The notes under the pieces are model-generated. The model had not been told where the DNA came from. It made no database searches and was given only the letters and a program-made list of their open reading frames with translations. Below, piece by piece: positions 27,811 through 37,471 of a stretch of DNA of 64,000 bases. Origin of the DNA: an uncultured Candidatus Rokubacteria bacterium (GTDB lineage: Bacteria > Methylomirabilota > Methylomirabilia > Rokubacteriales > DASRDR01); contig CAWGVS010000005.1 of assembly GCA_963826115.1 (NCBI GenBank), forward strand, positions 992,001-1,056,000, in the 5' to 3' direction. Numbering within the stretch: the first letter of the stretch is position 1; every line of letters begins with the position of its first letter. The position numbers and the translations under genes are program-made.

Positions 27811-29247
27811 ATGAGCTGGGTCACCACCAACCAGGGCTTCAGCGAGGTCTTCACGCCCGACGGCACCCCGCGCCCCCACTACGCTCCGCTCGTCGGCAGC
27901 CTCGACGCCTTCACGCGCGCCGAGATCGATCGGCGCGAGCGCCTCCAGACCCTCGCGCTGATGAGCCAGGGCGTCACCTTCACCGTGTACGGCGAGAAGG
28001 AGGGGCTCGAGCGGATCTTCCCGTTCGACTTCGTGCCCCGCATCATCCCCGCCCACGAGTGGAAGACCATCCAGGACGGGCTGGTCCAGCGCATCACGGC
28101 GCTGAACCTCTTCCTGCTCGACATCTACCAGGAGCAGCACTGCCTGCGCGACGGCGTGCTCCCCGCGGAGCTGGTCCTCTCCCGCAAGGAGTTCAAGCGG
28201 CCGCTCCTCGGGATCGTCCCGCCGCGCAAGATCTTCACCCACGTGGTCGGCACCGACATCATCCGCGACGACCGGGGCCAGTACCTCGTCCTCGAGGACA
28301 ACTGCCGCGTCCCGAGCGGCGTCTCGTACGTGCTCGAGAACCGGCACCTCCTGAGCCGCGTCTTCCCCGAGCTCTTCGCCTCCTACCCCGTCCGCCCGGT
28401 CCACGACTACCCGACGCTGCTCCTCGAGACGCTGGGCTTCGTGGCGACCCGGCAGGGTCAGAGGCCGACGGTCGTGACGCTGACGCCGGGGGTGCACAAC
28501 TCCGCGTACTTCGAGCACTCGTTTCTCGCTCGCGAGATGGGCGTGCTGCTGGTGGAGGGGACGGACCTCATCGTCGAGGACAACCACGTGTTCATGCGCA
28601 CGACGCAGGGGCGCCAGCGCGTGGACGTCATCTACCGCCGCGTGGACGACGATTTCCTCGACCCGCTGACGTTCCGGCGGGGCAGTCTCCTCGGCGTCCC
28701 CGGGCTGATCAACGCCTACCGGGCGGGCAACGTGGCCCTGGCGAACGCCCCGGGCTCGGGCGTGGCGGACGACAAGGCGGTGTACGCGTTCGTCCCGAAG
28801 CTCATCCGGTACTACCTCGACGAGGATCCCCTCCTGCCGCAGGTTCCGACGTACGTGGGCTTCGTCGAGGACGATCTCCGGTACATGACGGAGCACCTCC
28901 ACGAGCTCGTGGTCAAGGCCACCGGCGAGTCGGGCGGCTACAACATGCTGATGGGGCCGTTCGCGTCCCGCGAGGAGATCGACCGGTACCGGGCGCAGCT
29001 GCTCGCGGACCCCGGAAACTACATCGCCCAGCCGCTCGTGCACCTGTCGTCACATCCGACCTACGTCGGCGGGAACTACGAGCCACGGCGGATCGATCTC
29101 CGGCCGTTCATCCTCTATGGGGACCGGATCCGCGTCCTGCCCGGCGGTCTGAGCCGGGTCGCCCTCCGCGCCGGCTCCTACGTCGTGAATTCCTCCCAGG
29201 GTGGCGGCAGCAAGGACACCTGGGTCCTCGCGCCCCGCGAGGCCTGA
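27811..29247 (+). CDS. Circularly permuted type 2 ATP-grasp protein
   Basis: ERIFPFD, LEDNCRVPSGVSY, NSAYFEH, VDVIYRR, DDKAVY and VVNSSQGGGSKDTW motifs. Confidence 0.93.
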   Translation: MSWVTTNQGFSEVFTPDGTPRPHYAPLVGSLDAFTRAEIDRRERLQTLALMSQGVTFTVYGEKEGLERIFPFDFVPRIIPAHEWKTIQDGLVQRITALNLFLLDIYQEQHCLRDGVLPAELVLSRKEFKRPLLGIVPPRKIFTHVVGTDIIRDDRGQYLVLEDNCRVPSGVSYVLENRHLLSRVFPELFASYPVRPVHDYPTLLLETLGFVATRQGQRPTVVTLTPGVHNSAYFEHSFLAREMGVLLVEGTDLIVEDNHVFMRTTQGRQRVDVIYRRVDDDFLDPLTFRRGSLLGVPGLINAYRAGNVALANAPGSGVADDKAVYAFVPKLIRYYLDEDPLLPQVPTYVGFVEDDLRYMTEHLHELVVKATGESGGYNMLMGPFASREEIDRYRAQLLADPGNYIAQPLVHLSSHPTYVGGNYEPRRIDLRPFILYGDRIRVLPGGLSRVALRAGSYVVNSSQGGGSKDTWVLAPREA

Positions 29248-30198
29248 ATGCTGTCGCGGGTGGCGGACGGACTCTACTGGATGGGGCGATACCTCGAGCG
29301 CTCGGAGAACCTGACCCGCCTCCTCCTCGTCACCGAGGAGCTCTCCACCGAGGTGCTCGGGCTCGACGAGGACCTCGCCTGGGCCGAGTGGCGCGATCTC
29401 CAGCGCGTGTTTCCCGGACCCGAGATCCAGGAGGACGGGGCGGTGCCGTTCTTCGGGGCGGCGCATCTCGCCGCCTACTCGTTCGACGGCCGGAACCCGA
29501 ACTCCCTCGTGTTCTCGCTCCGGAAGGCGCGCGAGAACGCCCGGGCGGTCCGGGAGGCCTTGACCGTCGAGGTGTTCGTCACGCTCAACGACACCTGGCG
29601 GGAGCTGGAGGCCTACACCGGGCGGGCCGCGCTGGACGCGCCCAGCTTCCGCGAGGCGCTCTCCCGCGTCCAGCGTGGGATCCTGGCGACCGTCGGCGCG
29701 ATCGATCACACCCTGACCCGCGACCAGGGATGGCTCTTCCTGAAGCTCGGCGAGTCGCTGGAGCGCGTGGTGCGCACCGCCACCGTGCTCCGGACCAAGC
29801 TCCCCGGCCTCCTGGCGCCGGAGCCCAAGCTCGGCCTGCCCCTCGTCTACACGCGATGGCGGGCGCTCCTCCGCGAGCTTTCCTCCCTCGAGAACTACCG
29901 CCAGGCGTACGGCGCCCGGATCGAGCCCGCGCACGTTCTCGGCTTCCTCCTGTTCTCGCCCGGCTCGCCCCGGTCCCTCCGCGCCGGCACCGCGGCGGTG
30001 AAGGCTCAGCTGGACCGCCTGGCCGAGGGCGTCGCGATGACCCCTGGCGGCCGCATCGTCGGCCGGCTCGACGCGGAGCTCGCCTACCGGGACGAGACCC
30101 TGCCCGGGCGGGCCGACCCGCTGCCTCTCCTCGACCACGTGCTCGCCGAGCTGACGCGCACCCACGAGGCGCTCTCCGCGCAGTTCTTCGAGGCCTGA
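29248..30198 (+). CDS. Alpha-E domain protein
   Basis: MLSRVADGLYWMGRYLER, ARENAR and LGESLER (two ER motifs). Confidence 0.92.
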   Translation: MLSRVADGLYWMGRYLERSENLTRLLLVTEELSTEVLGLDEDLAWAEWRDLQRVFPGPEIQEDGAVPFFGAAHLAAYSFDGRNPNSLVFSLRKARENARAVREALTVEVFVTLNDTWRELEAYTGRAALDAPSFREALSRVQRGILATVGAIDHTLTRDQGWLFLKLGESLERVVRTATVLRTKLPGLLAPEPKLGLPLVYTRWRALLRELSSLENYRQAYGARIEPAHVLGFLLFSPGSPRSLRAGTAAVKAQLDRLAEGVAMTPGGRIVGRLDAELAYRDETLPGRADPLPLLDHVLAELTRTHEALSAQFFEA

Positions 30199-30201
30199 GC
30201 C

Positions 30202-31179
30202 GTGCACCTCGAGATCGAGCACCAGCTGAGCCTCGAGTACGACGCCTGGATCCGGGAATCCTTCCTCGAGCTCCGCATGCAGCCGAAGTCGAGCCCCCAC
30301 CAGACGCTCCACTCCTTCGTGCTCGCGGTGGGGCCGCCCAGCAAGGTCTCGCGCTATCGGGACTGGAGCGAGAACGTCGTGCACCACTTCACCATCGCGA
30401 ACTTCCACGAGCGGATCGAGGTGGCGGCTCGCTCGCAAGTCACCACGCACCCCTCGGCGCCGGCCCTCGACATCGTCGTGGATCCCATGCCGCTCGGGAC
30501 CCTCCCCTGGACCGTCCTGGACTACCTCCGCCTCGGGGGACCCGTGGTGGAAAGCGGCGACCTCGGGGAGTTCAGCCGCTCCGTCGAGGTGGCGGCGTCG
30601 GCCCCGCTCGGCGAGCAGGTGCGGGCGGTCGGCCACGCGATCCGGCGCGGGTTCACGTACCGGAAAGAGGTCACCCGGTACGACTCGACCACGGACGAGT
30701 TCCTGCGGCTCCGCGCCGGCGTCTGCCAGGACTTCACCCATCTGATGCTGGGCGCGCTCCGTCTCCGGCGGATCCCCTGCCGCTACGTGAGCGGGTACCT
30801 CCACGTCGAGCACGCCGGCGCCGAGGCGTCCCAGAGCCACGCCTGGATCGAGTTCTTCTCGCCGGCCGCCGGCTGGGTCCCGTTCGACCCGACCCACTAC
30901 CGGACGGTCGACGAGCGATACGTCGTCGTCGCCCACGGGCGCCACTACGACGACGTACCGCCCAACAAGGGAATCTTCCGCGGCAACGCCCGCGAGGCGC
31001 TGCGGGCCGAGGTCATCACCCGTTTGTCCGCCCCCAAGGCCATCGCCACGCTTCATGAGGAGGTCGAGCACATCGACCTGCCCGTCTACCAGGAGATCCC
31101 CGGGCGCACCCACGAGTGGTCGAGCGCGGTGGCGGACGACGCGGTGGCGCAGCAGCAACAACAGCAGCAGTCGGGCTGA
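30202..31179 (+). CDS. Transglutaminase-like protein with C-terminal poly-Gln
   Basis: GVCQDFTH, RYVSGYL, SHAW, FDPT and GRHYDDVPP motifs; ends AQQQQQQQSG. Confidence 0.92.
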   Translation: MHLEIEHQLSLEYDAWIRESFLELRMQPKSSPHQTLHSFVLAVGPPSKVSRYRDWSENVVHHFTIANFHERIEVAARSQVTTHPSAPALDIVVDPMPLGTLPWTVLDYLRLGGPVVESGDLGEFSRSVEVAASAPLGEQVRAVGHAIRRGFTYRKEVTRYDSTTDEFLRLRAGVCQDFTHLMLGALRLRRIPCRYVSGYLHVEHAGAEASQSHAWIEFFSPAAGWVPFDPTHYRTVDERYVVVAHGRHYDDVPPNKGIFRGNAREALRAEVITRLSAPKAIATLHEEVEHIDLPVYQEIPGRTHEWSSAVADDAVAQQQQQQQSG

Positions 31180-31207
31180 CCCGGCGTATACTACGAAGCC
31201 GTCGACC

Positions 31208-32158
31208 ATGCGTCACGGCCTCGTCCGGCTCGCCGTCTCGCTTCTGTGCCTCGCGGGTTGCAGTGTCGTCTCGATCGACCTCACGCCGCGCGTCCGGCCG
31301 CTCGAGGAGTCCACGCTCGAGGGGACCGGCTCCGGGAAGGTTCTCCTGATCGACGTGTCCGGCGTGCTCGCCGAGGAGCCGATCTTCACCCTGGAAAGCC
31401 GGCCGCAGGTCCCGCTCCTCGCCCGCATCCGGGAGGAGCTCAAGAAGGCCGAGGACGACGACCAGGTCCGGGCCGTGGTGCTTCGCATCAACAGCCCCGG
31501 CGGCACGGTCACCGCGTCGGACATCCTCTACCACGAGGTCATGAGCTTCAAGGCGCGCCGGAAGGTGCCGGTCGTGGCGTCCATCCTGGACGTCGGCGCC
31601 TCGGGCGGCTACTACGTGGCGCTGGCCGCGGACCGGATCGTGGCGCACCCGACGACGGTCACCGGCTCGATCGGCGTCCTGATGCTCACGGTCAACGCCA
31701 GCGGGCTCCTGGAGAAGATCGGGGTCAGCGCGAGTTACGTGAAGTCCGGCGACTTCAAGGACATGGGAAGTCCCTTCCGGAGTCTCCGGCCGGAGGAGCG
31801 GGCTCTCTTCCAGGACCTGATCGACCGCTTCTACGGGCGCTTCGTCGAGCTGGTCGCGCGGTCGCGGAAGATGGACGAGGCCCGGGTGCGGTCCTTCGCC
31901 GACGGCCGCATCTACACCGCCGGAGAGGCGCTGTCCCTCGGGCTCATCGACCAGATCGGCTACCTGGAGGAGGCGATCGCCGCCGCCAGGACCGCCGCCG
32001 GCCTCACCGAGGCGAGGGTCGTGACCTACCATCGTCCGCGCCAGTACCGGGCGACGATCTACTCCGCCGCGGAGCCGCCGGGTCCCACCGCCAGCCTCCC
32101 GGACCTCGCGCGGATGGTCGTCTCGGGGCCCAAGTTTCTCTACCTCTGGTGGCCGTGA
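31208..32158 (+). CDS. sppA: Signal peptide peptidase SppA (S49, short type), predicted lipoprotein
   Basis: LAGC lipobox; INSPGG, ASGGYYVA, GSIGV and KSGDFKD motifs. Confidence 0.9.
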   Translation: MRHGLVRLAVSLLCLAGCSVVSIDLTPRVRPLEESTLEGTGSGKVLLIDVSGVLAEEPIFTLESRPQVPLLARIREELKKAEDDDQVRAVVLRINSPGGTVTASDILYHEVMSFKARRKVPVVASILDVGASGGYYVALAADRIVAHPTTVTGSIGVLMLTVNASGLLEKIGVSASYVKSGDFKDMGSPFRSLRPEERALFQDLIDRFYGRFVELVARSRKMDEARVRSFADGRIYTAGEALSLGLIDQIGYLEEAIAAARTAAGLTEARVVTYHRPRQYRATIYSAAEPPGPTASLPDLARMVVSGPKFLYLWWP

Positions 32159-32198
32159 GCCGGACGCCGGCCGGCCCGCCCGCGGATCGACCCGGGTC

Positions 32199-33152
32199 GT
32201 GAGCGCGGGGTCCTCCCCGGACCTCGCCGCCCCGCCCCGCGTCTCGATCCTCACCGCCACCTACAACCGCAGCAACGTCCTCCGGCTCGTCATCGAGACG
32301 GTCCGCCGCCAGTCCGTCGAGGACTGGGAGTGGATCATCGTCGGTGACGCGTGCACCGACGACACCGCCGACGTGGTGGCCTCGTTCCGCGACCCCCGGA
32401 TCCGCTTCCTGAATCTGGCGCGCGGCTACGGCGAGCAGTCGGGGCCCCACAACGAGGCCTTCCCTCTCGCCCGGGCCCGCTACGTCGCCTATCTGAACCA
32501 CGACGACCTCTGGCTCCCGGACCACCTCGAGGTCACGCTCGCCGCGCTCGAGGTCACGGGGGCGGACTTCGTCTTCCCGCTCGTCGAGACGATCCTGCCC
32601 GGAGGACGCGGTCGGCTCCTGGGGGCGAGCCCGTCGGAGCGCTACGAGCCCCACGTCTACCTGCCGCCGTCGGCGTGGGTCCTCCGTCGCGAGCTCATCG
32701 AGGAGCTCGGCCCCTGGCGCTCGGCGCGGGACTGCTACGAGGGTCCGTCCGAGGATCTCCTGTTCCGGGCCTGGCGCGCCGGCAAGGACATGCGGCTGGT
32801 GCCGCGGCTCACCGTGGTGGCCATCCCGGCGACCATCCGGGACCGGGTGTACCCGCGGCGCGAGTTGGCGGAGCACGAGGCCCTCGTCGCCCGCATGCAG
32901 GACGAGCCCGACTTCCGGGAGCGCGAGCTCTCGGCCCTCGCCTTTCGCGCGGTGGCCGAGCAGTTCGCCTTCCGCCCGACCGTCACGCTGGCGGTCCGCA
33001 ACGCGATCCGGCGAAGGCTCGTGGGTCTCGGTCTCCGGCCCATGGCCGTCCGCCACTTCCTCAAGTACGGACGCCGCGGCGCCATGTTCAACGACCTGCG
33101 CCGGCGGCGCGGCCTTCCACCGATCGACTGGACCACGGAGAGACGCCCATGA
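32199..33152 (+). CDS. Glycosyltransferase family 2
   Basis: VSILTATYNR, VGDACTD, YLNHDD and SEDLL motifs. Confidence 0.9.
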   Translation: MSAGSSPDLAAPPRVSILTATYNRSNVLRLVIETVRRQSVEDWEWIIVGDACTDDTADVVASFRDPRIRFLNLARGYGEQSGPHNEAFPLARARYVAYLNHDDLWLPDHLEVTLAALEVTGADFVFPLVETILPGGRGRLLGASPSERYEPHVYLPPSAWVLRRELIEELGPWRSARDCYEGPSEDLLFRAWRAGKDMRLVPRLTVVAIPATIRDRVYPRRELAEHEALVARMQDEPDFRERELSALAFRAVAEQFAFRPTVTLAVRNAIRRRLVGLGLRPMAVRHFLKYGRRGAMFNDLRRRRGLPPIDWTTERRP

Positions 33153-33685
33153 TCGACGGTGCCGCGAAGGATCGACAGAGCATCACCTCCGACTGGGCCC
33201 CGCTGGCGAAGCTGATCGACGGGGTGAAGGTCCGGGAGGTGAAGAACGTCCCGAAGGGTAACGGCGTGCTGACGGAGATCTTCCGGCGCGACTGGGACCT
33301 CGACGCGGGAGTCATCGACCAGGTGTTCCAGACGACGGTGGTGCCGGGCGGTCTCTCGGCCTGGCACGTCCACCAGTTCACGACCGACCGGCTGTTCGTC
33401 AGCCAGGGGCTGGTCAAGATCGTGCTCTACGACGCCCGGGAGTCGGCGCCCTCGCACGGGTGCGTCAACGAGTTCCGGTTCGGCGCGCAGCGGCCGGCGC
33501 TCGTCGTCGTGCCGCCGGGCGTCTGGCACGGGGTCCAGAACATCGGCGGCGAGCCGGCGCTCCTCCTGAACCTGGTGGACCGCGCGTACCGCTACGAGGA
33601 CCCCGACCACTGGCGGCTGCCACCCGACACGTCCCGGATCCCGTACAGCTTCGCGCCGGGCTCGCTGGCCGACGGACTTCGATGA
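33149..33685 (+). CDS. dTDP-4-dehydrorhamnose 3,5-epimerase-like cupin (RmlC family)
   Basis: IDGVK, SAWHVH, LYDAR and VPPGVWHG motifs; ATGA overlaps on both sides. Confidence 0.85.
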   Translation: MIDGAAKDRQSITSDWAPLAKLIDGVKVREVKNVPKGNGVLTEIFRRDWDLDAGVIDQVFQTTVVPGGLSAWHVHQFTTDRLFVSQGLVKIVLYDARESAPSHGCVNEFRFGAQRPALVVVPPGVWHGVQNIGGEPALLLNLVDRAYRYEDPDHWRLPPDTSRIPYSFAPGSLADGLR

Positions 33686-34635
33686 CGGACGTTCCGGCGC
33701 CACGGGTCTCGATCCTCACCGCGACCTACAACCGCAGCAACGTCCTGCGCATCGTCGCCGGGGCGGTGCGCCGCCAGACCGTCGCGGACTGGGAGTGGGT
33801 CATCGTCGGCGACGCGTGCACCGACGACACGGCGGAGGTGGTGGCGTCCTTCGGGGACCCCCGGATCCGCTTCGTCAACCTCCCGGAGAGCCACGGAGAG
33901 CAGTCGGGCCCGAACAACGTCGCCCTCTCGCTCGCCCGGAGCCGGCGTCTCGCATACCTGAACCACGACGACCTGTGGCTGCCCGAGCACCTGGAGGTCA
34001 CCCTCCAGGCGCTCGAGGAGACCGGCGCACACCTCGTGTTCCCCCTGATGGACGAGGTCCTCGGCGACGGCCGGCGGTGCCTCCTCGGGGCGACGCCGAC
34101 GGGGCGCTACGTCCCGTACCTCTACGTCCCCGCATCCTCCTGGGTCCTCCGCCGCGAGTTCCACGAGGCGGTGGGGCCGTGGCGCTCCGCCGGCGAATGT
34201 TACGAGAACCCCTCCGAGGATCTCCTGTTCCGCGCCTGGCGCGACGGGCTCGACCTGCGCCTCGTTCCTCGTCTCACCCTGGTGACGATCCCGTCGGCGT
34301 GGCGTGACCGTGTCTACGCGCGGCGTGACGCCTCGGAGCACGAGGCGTTCGGGCATCGCATGGAGACCGAGCCGGACTTCCGGGAGCGTGAGCTCACGGC
34401 CCTCGCCTACACCCTGGCGGCTGGACAGTACGCGCTCCTGCCGACCCTGGGTCTCACCACCCGCAACGCGATCCGACAGGCCATCGCGGGTCTCGGCTTC
34501 CGGCCCATGGCGGTCCGGCGGTTCCTCCAGTACGGACGCCGAGGCGCGATGCTGAACGACAACCGACGCCGGCGCGGCCTGCCGCCGATCGACTGGCGCG
34601 CGAGGCGCCGCGCCGAGCGTCAGCGAGCCGGCTAG
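33682..34635 (+). CDS. Glycosyltransferase family 2 (paralog of 32199-33152)
   Basis: Same motifs as the first GT2 and alignable end to end. Confidence 0.9.
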   Translation: MTDVPAPRVSILTATYNRSNVLRIVAGAVRRQTVADWEWVIVGDACTDDTAEVVASFGDPRIRFVNLPESHGEQSGPNNVALSLARSRRLAYLNHDDLWLPEHLEVTLQALEETGAHLVFPLMDEVLGDGRRCLLGATPTGRYVPYLYVPASSWVLRREFHEAVGPWRSAGECYENPSEDLLFRAWRDGLDLRLVPRLTLVTIPSAWRDRVYARRDASEHEAFGHRMETEPDFRERELTALAYTLAAGQYALLPTLGLTTRNAIRQAIAGLGFRPMAVRRFLQYGRRGAMLNDNRRRRGLPPIDWRARRRAERQRAG

Positions 34636-35414
34636 CGCCCCTGCCAGCGGGCCGGCCGCTTCTCCAGGAACGCCGCGATGCCTTCCTGGGCGTCCTCCGA
34701 CCGCGCCACGATCGTCAGGAGGTCGCGCAGCTGCTCGAGCGCCGGGCCGTAGGCGAGGTCGAGCGCCCGGTAGAAGGCCTCCTTGCCGAGCGCCAGCGTC
34801 GCCGGCGACAGCCCCGCCAGCGTCCGCGCCATCCCGTCGACCGCCTCGTCCAGGCCGGCGCGCGGCACCACGCGGCTGGCGAGGCCGATCTCGAGCGCCT
34901 CCCGCGCCGGCAGCTCCCGGCCGGTCAGGACGAGCTCGAGGATGCGCCTCGGCGCGGCGGTGCGGAGGATCGGCGCGAGGACCATCAGGGGCAGGAGCCC
35001 CAGCTTGATCTCCGGGAGCCCGAACACGGCGTCATCCGCCGCGATCACGACGTCGCACGCGGCGGCGAGGCCGCAGCCCCCGGCGAGGGCGTGTCCGTGG
35101 ACACGGGCGATCACCGGGAGCCGGAGGCCCGGGATCGCCGTCAGGACCTCGGCCAGCCTCGCGTACTGCTCTCGCGCCTCGAGGATCGATCCCGCGCGGA
35201 ACATCCCCTTGAGGTCCGCGCCCGCGCAGAAGGCCCGATCGCCCGCGCCCCGCAGGACCACGACCCGCGCGGCGTCGTCCGCGTCGAGCCGGCGGAGCGC
35301 GGCGGCCAGCTCCCGGATCATCGTCGCGTTCAGCGCGTTGCGCGCCTCGGGGCGGTTGAGCGTCACCGTCGCGATCCCGTCGCTCACGGACACGAGGACC
35401 GTCTCGGCGCTCAC
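34632..35414 (-). CDS. Enoyl-CoA hydratase/isomerase (methylglutaconyl-CoA hydratase-like)
   Basis: LNRPEARNAL, FCAGADL, GGCGL (first Glu absent) and LPEIKLGL. Confidence 0.88.
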   Translation of the reverse strand: MSAETVLVSVSDGIATVTLNRPEARNALNATMIRELAAALRRLDADDAARVVVLRGAGDRAFCAGADLKGMFRAGSILEAREQYARLAEVLTAIPGLRLPVIARVHGHALAGGCGLAAACDVVIAADDAVFGLPEIKLGLLPLMVLAPILRTAAPRRILELVLTGRELPAREALEIGLASRVVPRAGLDEAVDGMARTLAGLSPATLALGKEAFYRALDLAYGPALEQLRDLLTIVARSEDAQEGIAAFLEKRPARWQGR

Positions 35415-36034
35415 GCCGTCGTCCCGATCCCGATCGCCTCGGGGAAGAGCGCGTCCAGGAGCTCGCGGAGAATCCGCCCCGTGGTGCCCCACACGACGTC
35501 CTCGCCATAGTCCACGAAGAGGACGGGCCGCGTCACGCCTTCCCGCGCCCACTGCTCCACGCGAAACGCCCCGGGCCGGAGGAGATGCGGCAGCGGGATC
35601 TCGATCACACGCTCGATCTCGCGCCCGTCCGGGCGGAATACCGGCGCCCCGCGGGCGAGTCCCAGGACTGGCGTGATGACGAAGCTCGTGCCGGTGGTGA
35701 GCACGTCGTCGAAGAGCCCCAGGACCTCCACCGCCGACGCGGGGAGGCCGATCTCCTCCTCCGCCTCCCGGAGCGCGGCGTCCACCATGGATGCGTCCCC
35801 CGAACGGACGACGCCGCCCGGGAAGGAGAACTGACCCTTGTGGTGCGGGACGCCCTCCGTCTTCTTGCCGAAGACCAGCGCCGGGACGCCGTCCCGGTAG
35901 ACGAAAAGGACGAGCACCGCGGCCCGCACCCGGTTCTCGGGCGTGAGGCTTCGCCGCCCGCGGCCGACCGTCGACAGGACCCGCGCCCGGAGCGAGTCGG
36001 GCGACGGCACGGCGTCGAGCTGCGGCCTCGCCAC
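35411..36034 (-). CDS. Nudix CoA pyrophosphatase (NudL/YeaB-like)
   Basis: HKGQFSFPGG...ALREAEEEIGL Nudix box; AAVL and VWGTT motifs. Confidence 0.88.
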   Translation of the reverse strand: MARPQLDAVPSPDSLRARVLSTVGRGRRSLTPENRVRAAVLVLFVYRDGVPALVFGKKTEGVPHHKGQFSFPGGVVRSGDASMVDAALREAEEEIGLPASAVEVLGLFDDVLTTGTSFVITPVLGLARGAPVFRPDGREIERVIEIPLPHLLRPGAFRVEQWAREGVTRPVLFVDYGEDVVWGTTGRILRELLDALFPEAIGIGTTA

Positions 36035-36035
36035 C

Positions 36036-36818
36036 CTACCGGGCCTTGAAGACGGGCTTCCGCTTCTCGGCGAACGCCTTCGGGCCCTCCGCGGCGTCCT
36101 CAGTCCCCCGGAGGGTCCCCGACAGGAACGCCTCCAGGCGCAGGCCGTCCGCCAGCGGCAGCGTGAGACCCCGGAGGATCGCCTCCTTCGCCGCGCGCAC
36201 CGCAAGGGGTCCCCGCTCGCAGATGGTCGCGGCCCACCGCCGCGCCGTCGGCAGGACCTCCGCGGCCGGCACGACGGCGTTGACGAGCCCGATCCGGTAC
36301 GCCTCATGGGCGGAGCAGGTCTCGCCCATCAGGATCATCTCCATCGCCTTGGCCAGCGGGACGGCCCGCGGGAGACGCTGGGTCCCGCCCGCGCCCGGCA
36401 TGATGGCCCAGCGAACCTCGGTGAGCCCGAACACCGCGTGCTCGGCCGCCACGCGGATGTCGCAGCAGAGCATGAGCTCGAGGCCGCCCGCGAGGGCGTA
36501 CCCGTTCACCGCGGCGATGACCGGCTTCCAGATCTCGAGGCCGCGCGTGATGCCCCCCAGGCCGGGGTCGTTGTGGCCGCGCCCCGCCCCGGGCTTCCCG
36601 AACGCCTGCGGGATGAGCTTCTTCAGGTCCGCACCGGCGGAGAACGCCTTCTCCCCGGCGCCGGTCAGGATCGCGACCCAAGTCTCGGGATCGTCGCGAA
36701 ACCGGGTCCATGCGTCGATCAGGTCCCGGTGCATCTCCGGGTCGATGGCGTTCATCGCCTCGGGTCGGTCGAGCGTGATGGTCACCACGCGGTCCTGCTG
36801 CTCGTAGCGGAGCCCCAT
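36036..36818 (-). CDS. Enoyl-CoA hydratase/isomerase (CaiD-like)
   Basis: FSAGADL, KPVIAAVNG, GGLE and TEVRWAIMPGAGGTQRL. Confidence 0.92.
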   Translation of the reverse strand: MGLRYEQQDRVVTITLDRPEAMNAIDPEMHRDLIDAWTRFRDDPETWVAILTGAGEKAFSAGADLKKLIPQAFGKPGAGRGHNDPGLGGITRGLEIWKPVIAAVNGYALAGGLELMLCCDIRVAAEHAVFGLTEVRWAIMPGAGGTQRLPRAVPLAKAMEMILMGETCSAHEAYRIGLVNAVVPAAEVLPTARRWAATICERGPLAVRAAKEAILRGLTLPLADGLRLEAFLSGTLRGTEDAAEGPKAFAEKRKPVFKAR

Positions 36819-36905
36819 GGATTCTCCTCGCGCGGCCTCGGCCGCGGCAGCGCCAGCGTAGCACACGGCCCGCCCGCGCCCGCCGCCGCGGGCCCCGGCG
36901 CCCCG

Positions 36906-37436
36906 TTACCTCGCGCCCAGTCGCCAGAGCGCCTTGTCGAGGGTGCGGAGGGACACGCCGTGGCGACCCGCGAGGCCCCGGAGGACCGCGGCGTACGCCG
37001 CCCATCCGTCCGCGGTCGGCGGGAACCGCCGCCGGATACCGATCCGCGGGAGGGCCGCCCGGACCCGGACGTCGTAGATGGGGTAGCGGCGCGGCTCCGC
37101 GAAGTGGAGGATCACCGAGGCCACGGCGACGCCTACTCCGCGAAGCCCCAGGAGCACGGCGAGCCGGGTCGCGTCACCTCTCGCAAGGAATGCGGCGGCG
37201 GTCACGCCCCGGACGCCCGCCTCCGTGTTGCGCGCGATCTGGGGGCGGATCCTGGGGCTCTTCCACTCGCCGATCCACCGCAGCTCGGCCCGCGTCAGGT
37301 AGAGCGCCTCCCGGCGCCGCCTCCGGGCGAGGCGCGCCTTGAGCTCGCGCTCCATCCGGGGCCACGGGCTCGTCCGCTCCTCCCGGTCGAAGCGCCGTGA
37401 GTGCGTGAGGATGCCTCGGCGGCTCAGCGCGATCAC
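36906..37436 (-). CDS. Hypothetical protein with HhH-GPD-like (DNA glycosylase-type) motif
   Basis: LRGVGVAVASVILHF...YPIYDVRV and LDKALW; start uncertain. Confidence 0.6.
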   Translation of the reverse strand: MIALSRRGILTHSRRFDREERTSPWPRMERELKARLARRRRREALYLTRAELRWIGEWKSPRIRPQIARNTEAGVRGVTAAAFLARGDATRLAVLLGLRGVGVAVASVILHFAEPRRYPIYDVRVRAALPRIGIRRRFPPTADGWAAYAAVLRGLAGRHGVSLRTLDKALWRLGAR

Positions 37437-37471
37437 GAGGCGCTTGACTCCGCCCGAGGGCGGATCGGACG

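Noticed and set aside
27609-31058. 1149-aa plus-strand ORF spanning the ATP-grasp operon
   Set aside because: Arg/Pro/Gly-rich alternative-frame shadow of three well-supported genes, typical of high-GC DNA.
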